From an uncultured Verrucomicrobiae bacterium (GTDB lineage: Bacteria; Verrucomicrobiota; Verrucomicrobiia; Chthoniobacterales; Terrimicrobiaceae): DNA of 64,000 nucleotides. The stretch lies in the NCBI GenBank assembly GCA_963706955.1, contig CAVPOC010000006.1, forward strand, positions 64,001 through 128,000, in the 5' to 3' direction. Positions within the stretch are counted from its first letter, which is position 1; the number at the start of each line of letters is the position of its first letter. This document shows positions 39,575-48,455 of this stretch, piece after piece. Below the pieces are notes generated by a model. That model searched no databases. It worked only from the letters and a program-made list of their open reading frames with translations, and had not been told where the DNA came from. The position numbers and the translations under genes are program-made.

Positions 39575-40801
39575 ATGTTATCGCAGCGGACTATCGACAT
39601 TGTCAAAGCAACGGCTCCGGTCCTCGAGGAGCATGGGGAGACCCTTACTCAGCACTTTTATAAGCGAATGTTCGCGCATAACCCGGAAGTCGCGCCGTTT
39701 TTTAATCCGGCTCACCAACGGGCAGGTTCGCAGCAGAAGGCTCTCGCCGCGGCCATTTGCGCCTACGCGGCGAATATCGAAAATCTAGAAGTGCTGGGCG
39801 GAGCGGTCGAGTTGATTGCCCAGAAACATTCCTCACTGCGCATCTTGCCGGAGCATTATCCGATTGTTGGCGAAAACCTGCTGGCCTCGATCCGCGAAGT
39901 TCTAGGTCCGGCAGCCACGGAACAGGTGATCACCGCATGGGCCGAGGCTTACGGGTTTCTCGCCGAAATTCTTATCGGCCGCGAAAAGCAGATATATTCC
40001 ACGCATGAGCGCGCCCGCAATGGATGGGTGGGATTCAAGCCGTTCCGGGTGGTTCGAACAGTGCCTGAAAGCGAGATCATCACCTCATTTTATTTGCAGC
40101 CTGCGGATGGCGGCGGGATGCCTGTCTTCAAACCTGGCCAGTACATCACCATCCGCATTCCGGACGATCGCGGGACGACAACGATGCGGAATTACAGTCT
40201 TTCCAATCCACCTGGTGAAGAATTCTTTCGCATCAGCGTGAAACGGGAACCAAGAGGTTTTGTGTCCACTTTTCTGCACCGAAGTGCCAACGAAGGTACC
40301 GAGATCGAAACCGGGCCTCCTTGTGGAGAATTTTTCCTCGATCTTACCGAAAAACACGAGCGCCCGCTGATGCTGCTTTCCGCAGGCGTCGGTATTACCC
40401 CGCTGCTTAGCATGTTGTTGGGCGTGCTCAAGACTCAGCCCGAGCGGGAAGTCTTTTTCGTTCATGGTGCATTGAACGGACGAGTGCACGCCTTCCGGGA
40501 TTTCGTTCGCGAACTCGCCGCCAGCCATCCGAACCTTAAGGTCCACTACCGCTACAACGAAGCGACTGCCGAAGACCGTCAGAAGCGATGGCATGATAGT
40601 GAAGGGCTCATCGACGCGGAATTGCTCGAAGATATGCTGCCCGATCGCGACGCTGACTATTATTTTTGCGGTCCGAAGCCCTTTATGGTCGGGATCTTCC
40701 ACAATCTTCTCAAATGGGGCATTCCGGCCTCCCAGGTTCACTTCGAATTCTTTGGGCCGCGACAAGAGCTCGAAACCGGCGAGTCCGAGCCAGAGGAGTA
40801 A
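39575..40801 (+). CDS. hmp: flavohemoglobin (NO dioxygenase)
   Basis: globin (TIDIVKATAP, FYKRMF..NPE, IAQKH, HYPIVGENLL), FAD domain (FKPGQYI, RNYSLS), NAD domain (AGVGITP, FCGPKPFM, FEFFGP). Confidence 0.96.
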   Translation: MLSQRTIDIVKATAPVLEEHGETLTQHFYKRMFAHNPEVAPFFNPAHQRAGSQQKALAAAICAYAANIENLEVLGGAVELIAQKHSSLRILPEHYPIVGENLLASIREVLGPAATEQVITAWAEAYGFLAEILIGREKQIYSTHERARNGWVGFKPFRVVRTVPESEIITSFYLQPADGGGMPVFKPGQYITIRIPDDRGTTTMRNYSLSNPPGEEFFRISVKREPRGFVSTFLHRSANEGTEIETGPPCGEFFLDLTEKHERPLMLLSAGVGITPLLSMLLGVLKTQPEREVFFVHGALNGRVHAFRDFVRELAASHPNLKVHYRYNEATAEDRQKRWHDSEGLIDAELLEDMLPDRDADYYFCGPKPFMVGIFHNLLKWGIPASQVHFEFFGPRQELETGESEPEE

Positions 40802-40803
40802 AG

Positions 40804-41541
40804 CTATCTTGCGACTAACTCGACCGCCTCGCCTAAGAGTTGGTGCATCGTCAATTCAGCTCGCTGTGGATCGAGCACGAGGATGCCTTTGGAAGTTGTG
40901 CGAATAAGTTGCTTGTCTCGAAACCTGCGCAGCATGCGCGAGAGCGTCTCGCTGGTAATGTTTAACTCGGCTGCGACGATGCGCTTCGGACTTTCAAGTT
41001 CGATCTCGCAGGGATGACTTGAACGCGGAATTGGACAATGCCTCAAGAGCCAATTAAGGCAGCGCGCTTCGGCGTTCTTTAATGTAAGATCATCCAGAAG
41101 GCCGACGATATTCCGCAAATGCCGGCTCATGGAACCGATCATTCGCAACGCGAGTTCGGGTCGCTTGCGCAACAGCGCCACAAATTCTGCCTTTGGAATC
41201 AGAATGACAGCGCTCGGCGCAAGTGCGCGTGCGCTGGCCGGGTAACCATCATCCGAAGCCAGGGCAGCTTCGGCGAAGGAGTCACCGGGATGAAAGACAT
41301 GAAAAATCTGCGCCTTGCCCGCGGCGTTCACGCGATAGATGCTAATAGCTCCGCGTTGCACAACAAAGAAACCCTCACAGGGTTCTCCTTCGCGAAAAAG
41401 GGTTTCCCCTTTGTCAAGGCTGATGACCCTTGAGAACGAGCTGATCTCGGTGATCTCAGGCGATCGTAATCCTTCAAAGATTTGTGAGCGGAGCAGAGAA
41501 TTCTGAACCACAAGATGATCGAGACGAGAAGTCTTCGCCAT
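40804..41541 (-). CDS. Crp/Fnr family regulator (DNR/HcpR-like, no FNR N-terminal Cys cluster)
   Basis: LFREGE, GDSFAE cNMP-like domain; HTH recognition helix ITSETLSR. Confidence 0.92.
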   Translation of the reverse strand: MAKTSRLDHLVVQNSLLRSQIFEGLRSPEITEISSFSRVISLDKGETLFREGEPCEGFFVVQRGAISIYRVNAAGKAQIFHVFHPGDSFAEAALASDDGYPASARALAPSAVILIPKAEFVALLRKRPELALRMIGSMSRHLRNIVGLLDDLTLKNAEARCLNWLLRHCPIPRSSHPCEIELESPKRIVAAELNITSETLSRMLRRFRDKQLIRTTSKGILVLDPQRAELTMHQLLGEAVELVAR

Positions 41542-41582
41542 GAGAACAGGCTGAATGAAATTAGAGCAAATGTCACGATTGC

Positions 41583-41624
41583 TTGATTTGGATCAAGGCT
41601 CAAAGCTCCAAGATTTGTTAAGTT
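41583..41624 (+). promoter_or_regulatory. consensus FNR box and extended -10 of the nitrate reductase-like operon
   Basis: TTGAT-TTGG-ATCAA (41583-41596); TGtTAAGTT (41616-41624); ATG at 41633. Confidence 0.8.
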
Positions 41625-41632
41625 ACGCTGCG

Positions 41633-42679
41633 ATGTTTGCCACGTTGAACCTCCGCGCGCTGGCGGTGGCTACCCTGGCCACGTTACTCCTGATTGTGGG
41701 GGTATACGTCGGCTCTCGCAATCTGCAGAACTTCGATGCCGCCCTCGTGCCATACCTCGTTGGCACCCTGTTTGCGGCCTTTGGCATCGTGTATCGCTAT
41801 GTAGTGTGGCTTCAGCGGCCGCCGACGCGACGCTATTTCAGGCGCAGCCTTGAGTTGCTCTTTAGCGGAAAGTTCCTCTCCTACGGCTGGGAACTCCTCA
41901 AACACTTTATCGCGGACTTTCCCTTCCAGCGTTTCATTGCCCACCGAGGTCCACGTCGATTCTGGGGCCACTTTCTGATGTCTTGGGGTTGCATGATCGC
42001 GTTCGCGGTGACGATCCCGCTGACCTTTGGATGGATCCATTTTGGGCTGAAGCAAGGCGGCATCGATACTTATGAGGCGTTCGTCTTCGGCTACGAGGTC
42101 ATGGAGTTTCCGCTCAACAGCTTCATCGCTTACAACATCTTTCACATTTTGGATTGGTGTTCATGGATGGTAATTGCCGGGGTTCTCATCTTCATGCGGC
42201 GCCGCTTGACGGAGCTCGGCCAAATCACCTTGCAGACGTTCGAAGGCGACTGGCTTCCGTTAGTGCTCCTCCTGGCAATTTCGGTCACCGGACTCGGGTT
42301 GACCTGGGACTATGATTTGATGCACGGCAAGTATTACCCGTTTATGGCGGTAACCCATGCGATTACCGTGATCCTTTTTCTTATTTGGATCCCCTTCGGG
42401 AAGTTCTTTCACATTATCCAGCGGCCGGCGCAGCTTGGCATCGCCATCTATCGCAAGGCAGGTGCTGAGGGGCCGCAGGCTGTCTGTCCGCATACCGGGC
42501 AGGAGTTCGCGTCGCAGATGCAGATCAACGATCTCAAGGTGGTGACCAAAGAACTCGGCTTTAACTTCGATCTGGAAAACGGCGGCTCGCATCTTGACTT
42601 GAGCCCGCAGGGCAAGCGCGCAGCGCTGGCAAAGGCGCATCTGGCTGTGCGCAAGGAGGCCGGGCAGTTCTTTGGCTGA
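41633..42679 (+). CDS. NarI/DsrM-like (nitrate reductase gamma family) membrane subunit, probable cytochrome b
   Basis: multi-TM protein with His in TM segments (WGHFLM, IFHILD, VTHAIT) and [10 protein letters not shown], resembling the NarI PFSRLVH motif; start at ATG 41633. Confidence 0.75.
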   Translation: MFATLNLRALAVATLATLLLIVGVYVGSRNLQNFDAALVPYLVGTLFAAFGIVYRYVVWLQRPPTRRYFRRSLELLFSGKFLSYGWELLKHFIADFPFQRFIAHRGPRRFWGHFLMSWGCMIAFAVTIPLTFGWIHFGLKQGGIDTYEAFVFGYEVMEFPLNSFIAYNIFHILDWCSWMVIAGVLIFMRRRLTELGQITLQTFEGDWLPLVLLLAISVTGLGLTWDYDLMHGKYYPFMAVTHAITVILFLIWIPFGKFFHIIQRPAQLGIAIYRKAGAEGPQAVCPHTGQEFASQMQINDLKVVTKELGFNFDLENGGSHLDLSPQGKRAALAKAHLAVRKEAGQFFG

Positions 42680-42699
42680 TCCCGGGAAGCGTTGGCAAT

Positions 42700-44994
42700 A
42701 TGGCAAAACTGCCCACTAGCGACGAAGCTCTGACCAGCCAGTTTGGGCCGCACCTTAACTATCCGCCGCGCGAAGGCTTCCCCGGACGGAACGAACCGGA
42801 CAAGATCGTCGAGACCCATTGCTGTTTCTGCGGGATGCAATGCGGCATCAAGCTTGTGGTCAAGGACAACAAGGTCGTCGGCTTCGAACCTTGGGAAGAG
42901 TTCCCCTTCAACGAGGGACGCCTCTGCCCGAAAGGCGTTCAGCGTTACCTGCAAAACAACCACCCGGACAGGCTGCTTTTCCCGTTGGAGCGGGTCGACG
43001 GTGCCGGCTTCAAGCGCACGAGTTGGGAGCACGCTTTCAAGAGAACGGTGTCTGAAATCCAGCGCATTCAGAGCAAATATGGACCCGATGCCTTTGGAAT
43101 GTTATCGGGTGTCTCCTTAACGAACGAGAAGAGCTACCTCGTCGGCAAGTTTGCCCGAGTGGCTCTCAAGACTCGCAATCTCGACTACAATGGCAGGCTC
43201 TGCATGGTCAGTGCTGGCGCAGGGAACAAGAAAGCCTTTGGTCTGGATCGGGGATCGAACAATTACTCCGACCTCAAACACGCAGAGGTAGTCATGATCT
43301 GCGGTACCAATGTCAGTGAGACGTTTCCAACATTGACGCACTGGCTTTGGCAGGCGCGTGATAATGGCGCGAAGCTTGTCGTCGTCGATCCACGGCTGAC
43401 CCCTATCGCGCGCACGGCCGATTTGCACCTGCCAATCCGGCCAGGCCGCGACTCCGCGCTCTACGGCGCGATGCTGCATCAACTGATCAAGCATGACTGG
43501 CTTGATCACGCGTTCATCGACAACTACACAAGCGGTTTTGAGGAAGCGGCCGCCGCGGTCAAGGATTATGACCTGAACTGGGCCGAAGAGGTCACCGGGA
43601 TCGCGAAGGATAAGATTATGCGTGCTGCCGAATGGTGGGGCCAGGCGAAGACCAGCTTCCTGATGCATGCTCGGGGGATTGAGCACCAAACCAAAGGTGT
43701 CGAGAACGTCAGTGCTTGCATTAATCTGGTCCTTGCGACTGGCCGCCTCGGCAAACCGTATTGTGGTTACGCCACCATTACCGGACAGGGTAATGGTCAA
43801 GGAGGCCGCGAGCACGGACATAAGTGCGACCAACTTCCAGGCAATCGCGACATCGAAAATCCCGACCACCGGCGTTACATCAGCGAAGTCTGGGGTATCG
43901 ACGAGAAGGAGCTGCCAGGGAAAGGGTTGACCGCTTACGAGCTTATGCAGGCAATCCACCAGGGCGAAATTAAGGGACTCATCTCGATTTGCTTCAATCC
44001 GGTTGTTTCGCTTCCCAATAATAACATGATTCGAGAGGCGCTCGAGAAACTAGAATTTTACTGTGCGATAGATTTCTTCCTCAACGAGACTGCGCACTAC
44101 GCTGACATCGTGCTGGCGGGCTCATTGCACGAAGAAGAGGAGGGCACGGTCACCACCGCCGAGGGTCGCGTGACGCGCATTCGGCAGGCCGTCACGCCGC
44201 CGGGAGAGGCGCGCACCGACACCGAGATCATTCTTGAACTGGCCCGACGTCTCGGAGCGGAGAAACATTTTTCCTTTGGCACCTCTGAGGACATCTTCAA
44301 CGAGCTGCGTGTCGCTTCAAAAGGCGGTACCGCCGATTATTTCGGGATCACTTACGAGAAGATTGAGAAGAACATGGGCGTCTTCTGGCCTTGCCCCAGC
44401 CTCGATCATCCAGGCACACCGCGCCTTTGGGAAGACCGCAAATTCAAAACACCCGATGGCAAAGCGCACTTCGTTCCCGTCGCCTACCGCGATCCCGGCG
44501 AGGTGGCCGACGCAGAATTTCCAGTAATCTTGACGACAGGCCGTGTCGTCTCGCAATACCTCAGCGGCACGCAGACGCGTCGCATCGGCAGGCTGGTCGA
44601 CCAGTATCCGGAACCGCTCCTGGAAATTCACCCAAAGCTTGCGGCCCAGTATGGTATTTCCGACCGAGAGTTGGTTCGCGTGGTCTCGCGACGCGCTAGT
44701 GCCGAATTTCCGGCTCAGTTAGTGGAAACGATTCGCGAAGATACGGTTTTTGTTCCGTACCATTGGGCTGGCAAGAAGTCGATCAACCAGCTCACCTCGG
44801 GCCATCTGGACCCAGTTTCGAAAATCCCAGAGTTCAAGGTGAGTGCGGTGCGGTTGGAGCCACTTGGCAAGGAAGCCCCACCACCGAAACAAAGCAGCCT
44901 CCAGCCAAGCGGCGGCTCACCAGCCCATCCGAGTCCAAAGCCCCCGCCGGTTCACGAATTTGCCCGCGCACCCAAAGAGCCCGCTCCTGATTGA
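42700..44994 (+). CDS. Mo-bisPGD oxidoreductase catalytic subunit, Nas/Nap-clade nitrate reductase-like, cytoplasmic
   Basis: HCCFCGMQC...GRLCPKG [4Fe-4S]; NGRLCMVSA Mo-Cys ligand; [36 protein letters not shown]; no Tat signal. Confidence 0.85.
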   Translation: MAKLPTSDEALTSQFGPHLNYPPREGFPGRNEPDKIVETHCCFCGMQCGIKLVVKDNKVVGFEPWEEFPFNEGRLCPKGVQRYLQNNHPDRLLFPLERVDGAGFKRTSWEHAFKRTVSEIQRIQSKYGPDAFGMLSGVSLTNEKSYLVGKFARVALKTRNLDYNGRLCMVSAGAGNKKAFGLDRGSNNYSDLKHAEVVMICGTNVSETFPTLTHWLWQARDNGAKLVVVDPRLTPIARTADLHLPIRPGRDSALYGAMLHQLIKHDWLDHAFIDNYTSGFEEAAAAVKDYDLNWAEEVTGIAKDKIMRAAEWWGQAKTSFLMHARGIEHQTKGVENVSACINLVLATGRLGKPYCGYATITGQGNGQGGREHGHKCDQLPGNRDIENPDHRRYISEVWGIDEKELPGKGLTAYELMQAIHQGEIKGLISICFNPVVSLPNNNMIREALEKLEFYCAIDFFLNETAHYADIVLAGSLHEEEEGTVTTAEGRVTRIRQAVTPPGEARTDTEIILELARRLGAEKHFSFGTSEDIFNELRVASKGGTADYFGITYEKIEKNMGVFWPCPSLDHPGTPRLWEDRKFKTPDGKAHFVPVAYRDPGEVADAEFPVILTTGRVVSQYLSGTQTRRIGRLVDQYPEPLLEIHPKLAAQYGISDRELVRVVSRRASAEFPAQLVETIREDTVFVPYHWAGKKSINQLTSGHLDPVSKIPEFKVSAVRLEPLGKEAPPPKQSSLQPSGGSPAHPSPKPPPVHEFARAPKEPAPD

Positions 44995-45026
44995 TCGTCC
45001 AACTTTAACCTCAAACGCAACTGACC

Positions 45027-45593
45027 ATGCTCCTTCAATTCAAGCAGGAAGAAGAGTTCTTCATGGACCCACAGCGTTGCATCGGCTGCCACGCGTGCGA
45101 AATGGCGTGTGCCGAATGCGAAACCAACGGGCAGACGCCGATGGTGAGTGTCGATTACGTCGAGCGTTACCTTTCCCCGCAAACCAGTGTCCAGATCTGC
45201 ATGCATTGCGAAGACCCGGCCTGCGCCAAAGTTTGCCCCGCCGATGCTATTCAGAAAGATGAGTTTGGCATCGTGCATAGCGCCAATACTGCGCGCTGCA
45301 TCTCCTGCTCCAACTGCGTCTATGCATGCCCATTTGGGGTGCCGAAAAAGGCCGAACCGATGCAGCTCATGATCAAGTGCAACATGTGCTACGACCGCAC
45401 CAGCGCCGGCAAGAAACCGATGTGCGCCACCGTCTGCCCGAGCGGGGCGCTTTGGTACGGAACGCGAGAAAAAATGCGTGAATTGCGTCCGAACAGCACC
45501 CCAGTGAATACTTTTCGCTTTGGTAGACAAACCGTAAAAACAAAAGTCAACGTCATGATGCCCAAGGGCAGCAGTGAGCTTGTGGTGGACTGA
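45027..45593 (+). CDS. four-cluster [4Fe-4S] electron-transfer subunit (DmsB/NrfC-like)
   Basis: [39 protein letters not shown]...PMCATVC. Confidence 0.92.
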   Translation: MLLQFKQEEEFFMDPQRCIGCHACEMACAECETNGQTPMVSVDYVERYLSPQTSVQICMHCEDPACAKVCPADAIQKDEFGIVHSANTARCISCSNCVYACPFGVPKKAEPMQLMIKCNMCYDRTSAGKKPMCATVCPSGALWYGTREKMRELRPNSTPVNTFRFGRQTVKTKVNVMMPKGSSELVVD

Positions 45594-45597
45594 TACC

Positions 45598-46125
45598 ATG
45601 AATAAAGATATCGAAGCCCCCCTGCCGTCGCGGCCAGCATGGAACGCCGATTTCCCGATCGACCGTGTCGAAGCGCAGCATGTCTTACGGCGAGAATTCG
45701 CGAAGTATCTTGTCCTCGTGTCTGGCGGGCTCGCTGCCGGCAGCGCATGGGTTGCCGTCCGTGACAAGCTCTTCCCGCATCAGCCCATCACCGGTGAGCA
45801 TCTCATCTGCAAGACACAGGACGTGCCGGTCGGCGGCACACATGCCTTTACGCTTCCGGGGAGCGCAGTGCCGTACATCCTTATCAACCTTGGTAACGAT
45901 GAATGGCGTGCCTTCGAGCAAAAGTGCACCCACCTCTCCTGCGCGGTGTTCTACCAGCCGAAAGAAGGCAAGATCGAATGTCCTTGCCACAACGGCTGGT
46001 TCGACGCGCGGACCGGCGCTCCACTCCAAGGCCCCCCGCAGCGGCCCCTCCCTCAGCTCCAGCTGGAAGTTCGGGGCGACGACATTTTCATTGTGCCATC
46101 GAAGCACGAAGAGCACAGCGCTTAA
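45598..46125 (+). CDS. membrane-anchored Rieske [2Fe-2S] protein
   Basis: LRREFAKYL plus hydrophobic helix; CTHLSC and CPCHNG boxes; GPPQRPLP; start at ATG 45598. Confidence 0.9.
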   Translation: MNKDIEAPLPSRPAWNADFPIDRVEAQHVLRREFAKYLVLVSGGLAAGSAWVAVRDKLFPHQPITGEHLICKTQDVPVGGTHAFTLPGSAVPYILINLGNDEWRAFEQKCTHLSCAVFYQPKEGKIECPCHNGWFDARTGAPLQGPPQRPLPQLQLEVRGDDIFIVPSKHEEHSA

Positions 46126-46131
46126 AGTCGC

Positions 46132-47643
46132 ATGTCTGCTACTCGACAGGCTCTGAGTCAGGTTCACCCGGCAAAGACAAATGTCCTCTCTGCCGGGCTG
46201 ATTTGTGTCCTGATCTTAATTGTCAGCCTCCAGATCTGGCTGCTCAGTGCGAGTTTGAACACTTCGCTTGGAGGGGAGGCTGGTATCGCCTGGCCGGCGT
46301 TTTATGCCTCGGTAGTCTTGTTCTTGGCGAGCCTTGTGGCGCTTAGCTATCTGCCTCTGCCGATTCGATTGCCGGTGGTGATTGAACGCGAGGAGGCGTT
46401 TACCGATGCGGCACTTGCCTGGCGCACGCTTGGGATTAGTGCAGTCTCGCTTGGGCTCGCGTTTGCGGTGTGGTTCATGTGGTCGGCGATCACCGTGAAG
46501 ATCAACGATGCCGGCTTTGGTTTATCCAAGAACCAGCTTTTCTGGCTGACAGCCACTCCGGTCATCCTCGGTTCTCTGCTGCGCATTCCTTATGGTTTGA
46601 TTGTTTCGCGCTTCGGCAGCAGGCGCAGCTATGCCGTCGTAACACTCCTGCTTTTGCTGCCTGCGCTCGGAACCGCCTGGGCGGTCCGAGATCCGAAAAC
46701 TCCGTATGGGATGCTGCTCCTCTGGTCTGCACTGACTGGAATTGCCGGCGCCAACTTCGCCACTTCGATGGCCACGGTCACACTCTGGTTTCCCAAGAAG
46801 CTGCAAGGATCGGCACTTGGCATAAACGGCTTGGGCAACCTCGGAGTGACAGTCGCCCAGTTTACCGTCCCACTGGTTATCGGGTTTTCGCTGGCCGGTA
46901 TGGCTGGGGCTACACCTGACGCAGTCGCGCCTCTCAACCTCGAGAACGCCGCGCTGGTCTGGGTGCCCTTCATCCTGATCTGTACCGCCGCAATCTGGTT
47001 CTGGACGGAAGACTACCCGTCTAAGCCGCAGACGATAGCTTCCCAGCTGGTTGCGGGGAAACGGCTTCACACCTGGGTTCTTTCGCTGCTCTACTTTCTG
47101 ACTTTTGGCTGTTTTGTGGCCATGGGTGCCTCTCTTCCTCTCATTATCAAAGAAGTTTTTGCTTCGGCGCCTGGCGGCGCCCCAAGTCCGTTGCTCTACG
47201 CACCGTGGGCGGCAGCCATCGCCACCCTCATGCGACCGGTCGGAGGCTGGTTGGCGGATAAGTTTGGGGCTGGTCTGATCACAACGATCTCGATCGGCAC
47301 CATGGCAATCGGAGGGTTCAGCCTTTCGGCGTTTCTTCAACCGGACGGTTTCGCAGGATTCTTTGCCGTGGTCCTGGTCATTTGCGCGGCTTCGGGACTT
47401 GGCAACGGCAGCGTCTTCAAGATTATTCCGCTCGTGCTCGCGAAAGAGGCGGGCGCCGCGATTGGCATTGTCAGTTGCATCGGAGCCTTGGGTGGCTTTG
47501 TTCCGCCGCTCTTGCTCGGATGGACGATGGGTGCCTTTGGAAGTCCAGCGTGGGCTTACACTGCGATGGCCTTATTCGCTCTGCTCTGCCTGGCAGTTAA
47601 CGGCTATTTCTATCATCGCAGCAGTTCGCCAACCCACTGTTAG
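46132..47643 (+). CDS. narK: NarK-family nitrate/nitrite MFS porter with extra N-terminal two-helix domain
   Basis: FAVWFMWS, LGSLLRIPYG, GIAGANFA, WFPKK.QGSALG, GLGNLG, TFG.FV, MRPVGGWLADK, GLGNGSVFK, GALGGF. Confidence 0.88.
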   Translation: MSATRQALSQVHPAKTNVLSAGLICVLILIVSLQIWLLSASLNTSLGGEAGIAWPAFYASVVLFLASLVALSYLPLPIRLPVVIEREEAFTDAALAWRTLGISAVSLGLAFAVWFMWSAITVKINDAGFGLSKNQLFWLTATPVILGSLLRIPYGLIVSRFGSRRSYAVVTLLLLLPALGTAWAVRDPKTPYGMLLLWSALTGIAGANFATSMATVTLWFPKKLQGSALGINGLGNLGVTVAQFTVPLVIGFSLAGMAGATPDAVAPLNLENAALVWVPFILICTAAIWFWTEDYPSKPQTIASQLVAGKRLHTWVLSLLYFLTFGCFVAMGASLPLIIKEVFASAPGGAPSPLLYAPWAAAIATLMRPVGGWLADKFGAGLITTISIGTMAIGGFSLSAFLQPDGFAGFFAVVLVICAASGLGNGSVFKIIPLVLAKEAGAAIGIVSCIGALGGFVPPLLLGWTMGAFGSPAWAYTAMALFALLCLAVNGYFYHRSSSPTHC

Positions 47644-47689
47644 AAAAAGCGGCCAACATCCCGACCGGTTCTCGTAGCCCAGATGACCA

Positions 47690-47990
47690 ATGGATTTGTC
47701 GACTAACTATCTCGGCATGAAGCTGCGCACGCCGCTCGTGGCTTCGGCTTCACCTTTATCTCGCAATGTTGACGACGTGAAACGTCTGGAGGAGGCCGGA
47801 GCTGCGGCCGTCGTCTTTCACTCCGTCTTCGCGGAACAACTGCAGTCCAGCGCCAAAGCTGCAGACTTCAGAGTGGACCCCGAACTTTATCTCAACCACA
47901 TCGCACAAGCAAAGGAGAGCGTAAGCATCCCGGTCATTGGTAGCGTGAATGCCGCAGCCCCCGGCAGCTGGGTCGGCTATGTTCGACGGG
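47690..47990 (+). pseudogene. 3'-truncated dihydroorotate dehydrogenase-like protein
   Basis: MDLSTNYLGMKLRTPLVASASPLS...EEAGAAAVV..SVF.EQ...IPVIGSVN...W..Y is the family N-terminus; similarity stops at about aa 100 where a palindromic repeat begins. Confidence 0.75.
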
Positions 47991-48378
47991 CGCGCCTCCA
48001 GGGCCAGTGTTGGGCAACGCCCAAGGTGCCGAGCACGCAGAACAGCAGGAGCGCTGAAGGCGCGATTCATCCAACGTCGTCTTTCGACAATGGACCACCG
48101 TGTCCTGATCGCGGGAGGGATCCCAGGACTGGTTTGCGAACGATCGTTGCTTCTATGGGCAGCGCGTTTTTGTAGGGCGAGCGAGTTCGATGCGCTTCTT
48201 GTTTGCTTGGAACACAGCCCAAGACAGCGGCGACCGGCCGCAAACTTGACTACGAGTTTGAGGAAGCTCATGTCGGGGGAGCTACGTCTGTGAATCGCGC
48301 TTTCAACGCTGATTATTTGAGTGCGTGTTGCCTTGGCGTTGCCCAAGGTTAGCTAATAAGACCGCGCCCTTGGCGCTG
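47988..48378. repeat. nested inverted-repeat (REP/MITE-like) element, copy A
   Basis: arms AGCGCTGAAGGCGCGATTCA (48050-48069) / TGAATCGCGCTTTCAACGCT (48291-48310); TTGGGCAACGCCCAAGG / CCTTGGCGTTGCCCAA; same modules recur at 63756-63982. Confidence 0.7.
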
Positions 48379-48455
48379 AAACATACGTCGAGCCGCTGTG
48401 ACTTCTCCTTGTCCTCATTCGTCGCACGTAGCCATCCCACGCCTTCGAGTAGAAC

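Noticed and set aside
47690..48175. 161-aa ORF as an intact protein
   Set aside because: Only about the first 100 aa are DHODH-like; the rest is read-through into the palindromic repeat.
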